DNA of 64,000 bases from Escherichia coli (GTDB lineage: Bacteria > Pseudomonadota > Gammaproteobacteria > Enterobacterales > Enterobacteriaceae), in the NCBI RefSeq assembly GCF_003790525.1, contig NZ_CP033635.1. One strand, given 5' to 3'. Both the position numbers and the translations under genes were made by a program. Below the pieces are notes generated by a model. The model saw only the letters and a list, made by a program, of their open reading frames with translations. It was not told the origin of the DNA and made no database searches. Position 1 is the stretch's first letter, and each line of letters begins with the position of its first letter. This document shows, piece by piece, positions 58,134 through 64,000 of the stretch.

Positions 58134-59330
58134 ATGCTAAAAGTGTTATTGCTCTTTGTTTTGCTGATTGCGGGGATCGTGGTTGGCCCGATGATTGCCG
58201 GTCATCAGGGGTACGTATTGATTCAGACCGACAACTACAATATCGAAACCAGCGTCACTGGCCTCGCGATTATTTTGATTCTGGCGATGGTAGTGCTGTT
58301 TGCCATTGAGTGGCTACTGCGGCGGATCTTCCGCACAGGCGCGCACACCCGTGGGTGGTTTGTCGGACGTAAGCGTCGCCGTGCCCGTAAGCAGACCGAA
58401 CAGGCGCTGCTGAAACTAGCGGAAGGCGATTATCAGCAAGTTGAAAAGCTGATGGCGAAAAATGCCGATCACGCTGAACAACCGGTGGTGAACTATCTGC
58501 TGGCTGCCGAAGCCGCGCAACAACGCGGTGATGAAGCACGCGCCAACCAACATCTGGAACGCGCAGCGGAGCTGGCCGGCAACGACACAATTCCGGTAGA
58601 AATCACCCGTGTACGTCTGCAACTGGCCCGTAATGAAAACCATGCTGCACGCCACGGCGTGGATAAGCTGCTGGAAGTTACGCCACGCCATCCGGAAGTA
58701 TTACGTCTGGCGGAACAGGCGTATATCCGCACTGGTGCATGGAGTTCGCTGCTGGATATCATCCCATCAATGGCGAAAGCCCACGTTGGCGATGAAGAAC
58801 ATCGTGCAATGCTGGAACAACAGGCATGGATTGGCCTGATGGATCAGGCGCGTGCCGATAACGGTAGCGAAGGTTTGCGTAACTGGTGGAAAAACCAAAG
58901 CCGGAAAACGCGTCATCAGGTGGCGTTACAGGTGGCAATGGCGGAACACCTTATTGAGTGTGATGACCATGACACCGCCCAGCAAATTATCATCGACGGC
59001 CTGAAACGCCAGTATGACGATCGCCTGCTGCTGCCGATCCCGCGTCTGAAAACCAATAACCCGGAACAGCTGGAAAAAGTGCTGCGCCAACAGATCAAAA
59101 ACGTGGGCGATCGCCCGTTGTTGTGGAGCACACTGGGTCAGTCGCTGATGAAGCACGGCGAATGGCAGGAAGCATCGCTCGCCTTCCGCGCGGCGCTGAA
59201 ACAACGTCCGGACGCCTACGATTACGCATGGCTTGCCGACGCGCTGGACAGACTGCACAAACCGGAAGAAGCCGCAGCGATGCGTCGCGATGGCTTGATG
59301 CTGACCTTACAGAATAACCCGTCACAGTAG
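58134..59330 (+). CDS. hemY: HemY (TPR-containing inner-membrane protein of the hem operon)
   Basis: 398 aa, N-terminal TM helices, TPR-like repeats. Confidence 0.9.
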   Translation: MLKVLLLFVLLIAGIVVGPMIAGHQGYVLIQTDNYNIETSVTGLAIILILAMVVLFAIEWLLRRIFRTGAHTRGWFVGRKRRRARKQTEQALLKLAEGDYQQVEKLMAKNADHAEQPVVNYLLAAEAAQQRGDEARANQHLERAAELAGNDTIPVEITRVRLQLARNENHAARHGVDKLLEVTPRHPEVLRLAEQAYIRTGAWSSLLDIIPSMAKAHVGDEEHRAMLEQQAWIGLMDQARADNGSEGLRNWWKNQSRKTRHQVALQVAMAEHLIECDDHDTAQQIIIDGLKRQYDDRLLLPIPRLKTNNPEQLEKVLRQQIKNVGDRPLLWSTLGQSLMKHGEWQEASLAFRAALKQRPDAYDYAWLADALDRLHKPEEAAAMRRDGLMLTLQNNPSQ

Positions 59331-59340
59331 TTCTTTCTCA

Positions 59341-59362
59341 CCCGGAGGCAAGCACCTCCGGG
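59341..59362 (+). terminator. Hairpin CCCGGAGG-CAAGCA-CCTCCGGG after hemY
   Basis: Perfect 8-bp GC-rich stem 10 bp after the hemY stop. Confidence 0.5.
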
Positions 59363-59377
59363 ACCTTTCTGATACAT

Positions 59378-59584
59378 AAAAAAACGCCTGCTCTTATTAC
59401 GGAGCAGGCGTTAAAACAGGTCTGTATGACAACAAGTGGGTGCTTCACTCAACGTTGTGTCCATGGTGTCTGATGAGGCATAAGCGACATCTGTCAGTGG
59501 ACGATAAGCACCGTAAACGGCTCTGCGTCATTCCGGAGTTTATGAGGCACTAAGGCGAACATAAGAGATGGAATGAGCATCTAC
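59378..59584 (-). ncRNA. glmZ: Small regulatory RNA GlmZ (SraJ/RyiA), regulator of glmS
   Basis: Minus-strand sequence GUAGAUGCUCAUUCCAUCUCUUAUGUUCGCC...CGCCUGCUCCGUAAUAAGAGCAGGCG-U7 matches my memory of GlmZ, including the intrinsic terminator; lies in the expected hemY-aslA intergenic region. Confidence 0.8.
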
Positions 59585-59993
59585 TCGTTTATTATGCCAC
59601 AGAGAACCGGGAAATAACATCCCTTAACACTTGTTATGAGATAATTCTGTAATCCTCTTTGCTTCCTGAGTGAATATTTCTCCTGCGCACGATTCTACAC
59701 ATATATATAATGAATAATAAAATTCATTCAATTAATAACATATATATTAATTGCCGTTAAAACTAAAAACAGCATCAATAATCAACGCGATATAACATCA
59801 CCGCCTTACATATCACCTGCGCCAGAGGTAGGATTGAAAACGCTCTCCTGATTTTCCAATTCATTTTCTGGATAAATAAATAATTTATTTTTATCACTAT
59901 TATTTATGCAATCATCCTGTCAGGGAGAGGGATCTCAATTATCAATGCTTAATTACGTCAACATTTTGACGACATGAAACCGGAGCATTTTGC

Positions 59994-61649
59994 ATGGAAT
60001 TTTCGTTTTCACCCAAACTTCTTGTTGTAGCTGTCGCCGCCGCTCTTCCACTCATGGCCAACGCAGCAGATACCCCGTCAACCGCCACCGCACGCAAAGG
60101 CTTTGCCGGATACGATCACCCAAACCAGTATCTGGTTAAACCGGCGACCACTATTGCCGACAACATGATGCCGGTGATGCAGCATCCTGCACAAGACAAA
60201 GAAACCCAGCAGAAGCTGGCAGAACTTGAGAAAAAAACCGGTAAGAAACCGAACGTGGTTGTTTTCTTGCTGGATGATGTGGGCTGGATGGATGTTGGCT
60301 TTAACGGCGGCGGCGTGGCGGTGGGTAACCCTACACCAGATATCGACGCCGTTGCCAGCCAGGGGCTGATTTTAACTTCGGCGTATTCTCAACCGAGTTC
60401 TTCCCCAACCCGCGCCACGATTCTTACCGGACAATACTCCATCCACCACGGCATTCTGATGCCGCCAATGTACGGGCAACCGGGCGGTCTGCAAGGGTTA
60501 ACCACTCTGCCGCAGTTGCTGCACGATCAGGGCTACGTCACTCAGGCCATCGGGAAATGGCATATGGGGGAAAACAAAGAGTCGCAGCCGCAGAACGTTG
60601 GCTTTGATGATTTCCGCGGCTTTAACTCGGTATCCGATATGTATACCGAATGGCGTGATGTTCACGTCAACCCGGAAGTCGCCCTGAGCCCGGATCGTTC
60701 TGAATACATCCAAAAACTGCCGTTCAGCAAAGATGACGTTCATGCCGTGCGCGGCGGTGAACAGGAAGCCATTGCCGACATTACGCCGAAATATATGGAA
60801 GACCTGGATCAACGCTGGATGGAATATGGCGTTAAGTTCCTCGACAAGATGGCGAAGAGCGATAAGCCTTTCTTCCTCTACTACTGCACTCGCGGCTGTC
60901 ACTTCGATAACTACCCAAATGCGAAATATGCGGGTAGCTCTCCGGCGCGCACCTCTTACGGCGACTGCATGGTGGAGATGAACGATATCTTCGCCAATCT
61001 GTATAAAGCACTGGAGAAAAACGGTCAGCTTGATAACACGCTGATTGTGTTCACCTCTGATAACGGTCCGGAAGCCGAAGTTCCGCCGCACGGTCGCACG
61101 CCGTTCCGCGGTGCGAAAGGTTCTACATGGGAAGGCGGCGTTCGTGTGCCAACCTTCGTTTACTGGAAAGGCATGATCCAACCGCGTAAATCTGACGGCA
61201 TTGTCGATCTGGCGGATCTCTTCCCTACGGCGCTGGATCTGGCGGGGCATCCTGGGGCGAAGGTAGCGAATTTAGTACCGAAAACCACCTTTATCGATGG
61301 TGTGGACCAGACATCTTTCTTCCTGGGAACAAATGGTCAGTCTAACCGTAAGGCCGAGCACTACTTCCTCAACGGTAAACTTTCTGCTGTGCGTATGGAT
61401 GAGTTCAAGTATCACGTCCTGATCCAGCAACCGTACGCGTATACCCAGAGCGGGTATCAGGGTGGATTCACCGGCACAGTAATGCAAACGGCGGGATCGT
61501 CGGTGTTTAACCTGTACACCGATCCGCAGGAAAGCGACTCCATCGGCGTGCGCCATATTCCGATGGGTGTACCGCTACAGACCGAAATGCACGCGTATAT
61601 GGAGATCCTGAAAAAATATCCACCACGCGCGCAGATTAAATCTGACTAA
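59994..61649 (+). CDS. aslA: Arylsulfatase-like protein AslA (Cys/Ser-type sulfatase family)
   Basis: 551 aa, signal peptide, sulfatase signature region ([13 protein letters not shown]). Confidence 0.9.
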   Translation: MEFSFSPKLLVVAVAAALPLMANAADTPSTATARKGFAGYDHPNQYLVKPATTIADNMMPVMQHPAQDKETQQKLAELEKKTGKKPNVVVFLLDDVGWMDVGFNGGGVAVGNPTPDIDAVASQGLILTSAYSQPSSSPTRATILTGQYSIHHGILMPPMYGQPGGLQGLTTLPQLLHDQGYVTQAIGKWHMGENKESQPQNVGFDDFRGFNSVSDMYTEWRDVHVNPEVALSPDRSEYIQKLPFSKDDVHAVRGGEQEAIADITPKYMEDLDQRWMEYGVKFLDKMAKSDKPFFLYYCTRGCHFDNYPNAKYAGSSPARTSYGDCMVEMNDIFANLYKALEKNGQLDNTLIVFTSDNGPEAEVPPHGRTPFRGAKGSTWEGGVRVPTFVYWKGMIQPRKSDGIVDLADLFPTALDLAGHPGAKVANLVPKTTFIDGVDQTSFFLGTNGQSNRKAEHYFLNGKLSAVRMDEFKYHVLIQQPYAYTQSGYQGGFTGTVMQTAGSSVFNLYTDPQESDSIGVRHIPMGVPLQTEMHAYMEILKKYPPRAQIKSD

Positions 61650-61676
61650 GCCGGCGCTATCGCTGAGATCTGCCTT

Positions 61677-61782
61677 TGCCGGATGCGATGCTGACGCATC
61701 TTATCCAGCCTACAGAACGCTGCAATTTATTGAATTTGCAAGGATTGTAGGCCGGATAAGGCGTTCACGCCGCATCCGGCAA
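61677..61782. repeat. REP/BIME palindromic units in the aslA-aslB convergent intergenic region
   Basis: TGCCGGATGCGATGCTGACGCATCTTATCC and GGCCGGATAAGGCGTTCACGCCGCATCCGGC read directly. Confidence 0.8.
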
Positions 61783-61806
61783 TCAACCGCAGGCGGCCGC
61801 CGATTT

Positions 61807-63042
61807 CTACTTATTCACCACCATCAAATGCGCCTGCATAATGTCGCTGGCCGGACGACCGTGCGCCAGCAAATCAGCCATTGCTTTAAGATATGGCGGT
61901 AGATGGCGGAAATAACGCTGATACCCGGCACACAAATAATTCAGCCCCGGTTTGCCGCTGGCATCGAGCATAAAGCGGTGTTTCGGGCAGCCTCCCCAAC
62001 ATGCTTTTAACACGTTACAACTGCGACACTGCGCTGGTAACTGCTTAAATTTATCTTCACCAAACACCTGCTGTTGCGGGGAATCTACCATTTCTGCAAT
62101 TGTCTGCTGAAGCATATTCCCCAGTCGATATTGCGAATAAACATAGTGATCGCAGGCGTAAACGTCGCCGTTGTGTTCAACAATCACCGAGCGCCCACAG
62201 GTTGGCTGATGATGGCAAACCGCTCCTGGCGCACCGACAAAATTGGCAAACGCCCATTCGATATTCATCACGAAAATCTTGCCGACGTCGCGTTTGATCC
62301 AGTGGTCGAATATCGCCACCAAAAATTCACCGAACTCATCGGGGCGTACCGACCATTCCGTCAGTTCGCCCTGAATATCGCCGGGAGCATGTAGCTTAAG
62401 TCCAGCATGAACAGCCGTTTCATCAGCCAGGCGTTCGACCACAGGAATAAACTGGATAAACTCAACGCCTGCATCACACAGAAAATCATAGACTTGCAAA
62501 GGTTGTAACGCACTGGTGCGATTTACGCAGACCAGCACGTTATAGTTGACATGATGTTTTTGCAGGAGCGTCAGGGCACGCATCACCAGCTTATGCGTTG
62601 GTCTGCCGCCTTTGGTCACGCGATATTGATTGTGGATCTCAGCCGGACCATCCAGCGATAACCCAACAAGAAAATGATTTTCTGCCAGAAATGCACACCA
62701 TTCGTCATCAAGCAGAACGCCGTTAGTCTGGAAGCTGTTACTTATCTTCCTGCCAGCACCATATTTCGCCTGTAGCGCCACGGCACGGCGGTAAAAATCC
62801 AGCCCGAGTAACGTTGGTTCGCCACCCTGCCAGGTAAAAGCCACTTCGTTTTGGGTTTCGCTGGCAGCGATATAGTGACGGACATACGCTTCCAGCGTGT
62901 CATCGTCCATATGCGTGACTGGCTTTTCGCGGTAAAGGGATTGTTTTTCGAGATAAAAACAGTAGTCACAGTTCAGATTACAATCGGAACCGCTCGGTTT
63001 CGCCATCACATGAAAAGCACGCGTTGGAACCTGTTGCAGCAT
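61807..63042 (-). CDS. aslB: Anaerobic sulfatase-maturating enzyme homologue AslB (radical SAM, SPASM domain)
   Basis: MLQQVPTRAFHVMAKPSGSDCNLNCDYCFY... (CxxxCxxC radical-SAM motif); start chosen at MLQQVP. Confidence 0.9.
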   Translation of the reverse strand: MLQQVPTRAFHVMAKPSGSDCNLNCDYCFYLEKQSLYREKPVTHMDDDTLEAYVRHYIAASETQNEVAFTWQGGEPTLLGLDFYRRAVALQAKYGAGRKISNSFQTNGVLLDDEWCAFLAENHFLVGLSLDGPAEIHNQYRVTKGGRPTHKLVMRALTLLQKHHVNYNVLVCVNRTSALQPLQVYDFLCDAGVEFIQFIPVVERLADETAVHAGLKLHAPGDIQGELTEWSVRPDEFGEFLVAIFDHWIKRDVGKIFVMNIEWAFANFVGAPGAVCHHQPTCGRSVIVEHNGDVYACDHYVYSQYRLGNMLQQTIAEMVDSPQQQVFGEDKFKQLPAQCRSCNVLKACWGGCPKHRFMLDASGKPGLNYLCAGYQRYFRHLPPYLKAMADLLAHGRPASDIMQAHLMVVNK

Positions 63043-63188
63043 GGTCGCTCCTTGCCTGAAGTCATCCTTCAATAAGTTAAGGGCGAAATCATACCGTGGC
63101 GCAATGCGTTATTACGGGCGTTTATTGCGAAGGGAAAGTGACGAAATGCACAGAAAACAAAAAACCCCGCCGAAGCGGGGTTCAAAAT

Positions 63189-63265
63189 TGGTCGGCGAGA
63201 GAGGATTCGAACCTCCGACCCACTGGTCCCAAACCAGTTGCGCTACCAAGCTGCGCTACTCGCCG
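63189..63265 (-). tRNA. proM: tRNA-Pro (anticodon UGG)
   Basis: 77-nt cloverleaf on the minus strand ending CCA; anticodon loop uuUGGga; T-arm GGTTCGAATCC. Confidence 0.9.
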
Positions 63266-63306
63266 AAATACTGCTTTTTGAATTTTTAGTTCAATTCTTT
63301 AAAGTC

Positions 63307-63394
63307 GTGGTGCGAGGGGGGGGACTTGAACCCCCACGTCCGTAAGGACACTAACACCTGAAGCTAGCGCGTCTACCAATTCCGCCACCTTCGC
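63307..63394 (-). tRNA. leuT: tRNA-Leu (anticodon CAG), long variable arm
   Basis: Minus strand GCGAAGGTGGCGGAATTGGTAGACGCGCTAGCTTCAGGTGTTAG...CACCA; boundaries +/-1 nt. Confidence 0.9.
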
Positions 63395-63414
63395 ATTGTC
63401 ACAACTTCTAATAA

Positions 63415-63491
63415 TGGGGTGGCTAATGGGATTCGAACCCACGACAACTGGAATCACAATCCAGGGCTCTACCAACTGAGCTATAGCCACC
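63415..63491 (-). tRNA. hisR: tRNA-His (anticodon GUG) with extra 5' G(-1)
   Basis: Minus strand GGTGGCTATAGCTCAGTTGGTAGAGCCCTGGATTGTGATTCCAG...CCCCA. Confidence 0.9.
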
Positions 63492-63548
63492 ACTACAAAT
63501 CTTGTTACGCGGTATTACTACCACCGCAGCTCAAGCGCCGGGACTAAA

Positions 63549-63625
<77 letters not shown>

Positions 63626-63727
63626 TTAGCGCCGTTGCGGGGGTGGATAATACGGACTTCCCACCCCTCTGTCTAGTCCCTTTTTAAATAAATTGCGCGT
63701 TTGGTTACGGTTTGTGCGTTTTGCTGC

Positions 63728-64000
63728 TTATTCCTCCAGTTTATGCGCTTTACCGTGGCGATTAAGCCCAAAAATTTTATAAATCGCCGTCACCGCCAGC
63801 ATAAAGATGATGCCGACAAACAGCGACATACGCGTATCTTCATTAAAGTACATGCCGATCAAAACGCAAATCAGGAATGCCATTGTTACGTAGTTGGCCC
63901 ACGGGAACAGGATTGAGCGGAACGGATGGCTGGCAATCGCCGCTTTATGCGCACGACGAAAACGCAGCTGGCTTATCAATATCACAAACCATGGCACCAT
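63728..64000 (-). CDS. yifK: Amino-acid permease YifK (APC family), 3' end only; gene continues beyond the window
   Basis: C-terminal TM segment and tail (...[18 protein letters not shown]); reading frame open to the window edge. Confidence 0.75.
   Translation of the reverse strand: MVPWFVILISQLRFRRAHKAAIASHPFRSILFPWANYVTMAFLICVLIGMYFNEDTRMSLFVGIIFMLAVTAIYKIFGLNRHGKAHKLEE

Noticed and set aside
59585-59650. Sigma-54 type promoter (TGGCA-N-TTGC-like) upstream of glmZ
   Set aside because: The match to the -24/-12 consensus is imperfect by eye; not reported as a feature without a proper motif scan
60498-61250. 250-aa minus-strand ORF antisense to aslA
   Set aside because: Overlaps conserved aslA entirely; no independent signal

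Overview
This 64 kb window reads as an Escherichia coli-type chromosomal segment (Enterobacteriaceae core, ~50% GC), collinear with the region I recall from K-12 as fadBA-fre-ubiD-rfaH-tatDCBA-ubiBJE-rmuC // udp-ysgA // metE-metR-yigM-yigL-pldB-rhtBC-recQ-pldA-yigI-rarD // corA-yigE // uvrD-yigB-xerC-yigA-dapF-yifL-cyaY-cyaA-hemCDXY-glmZ-aslAB-proM-leuT-hisR-argX-yifK. All identifications were made by reading the six-frame translations and recognising protein families from memory; no database search or numerical computation was run. Against that conserved backbone, four blocks look accessory relative to my recollection of K-12: (1) 13.1-18.8 kb between rmuC and udp, an IclR regulator, a DgoK-like 2-dehydro-3-deoxy-sugar-acid kinase, a DgoA-like aldolase and a TctCBA tripartite transporter; (2) 20.6-29.1 kb between ysgA and metE, an eight-gene same-strand cluster with an isochorismatase-like hydrolase, DUF2877-like, FdrA-like, DUF1116-like, carbamate kinase, GGCT/AIG2-like protein, NCS1 permease and a LysR regulator; (3) 41.0-42.7 kb between rarD and corA, a strongly AT-rich, translationally coupled two-gene cassette of unknown function; (4) 44.8-45.9 kb between yigE and uvrD, a signal-peptide-bearing SAM-hydrolase-like (DUF62-type) protein. 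Block 2 is my best candidate for an undescribed system: a second copy of the FdrA/DUF1116/DUF2877/carbamate-kinase module combined with a different hydrolase and a nucleobase-type permease, suggesting ATP-yielding catabolism of an unidentified ureide or N-carbamoyl compound. Block 3 is the best candidate for a horizontally acquired toxin/immunity or defence-type pair. No CRISPR array, integrase or transposase was seen.
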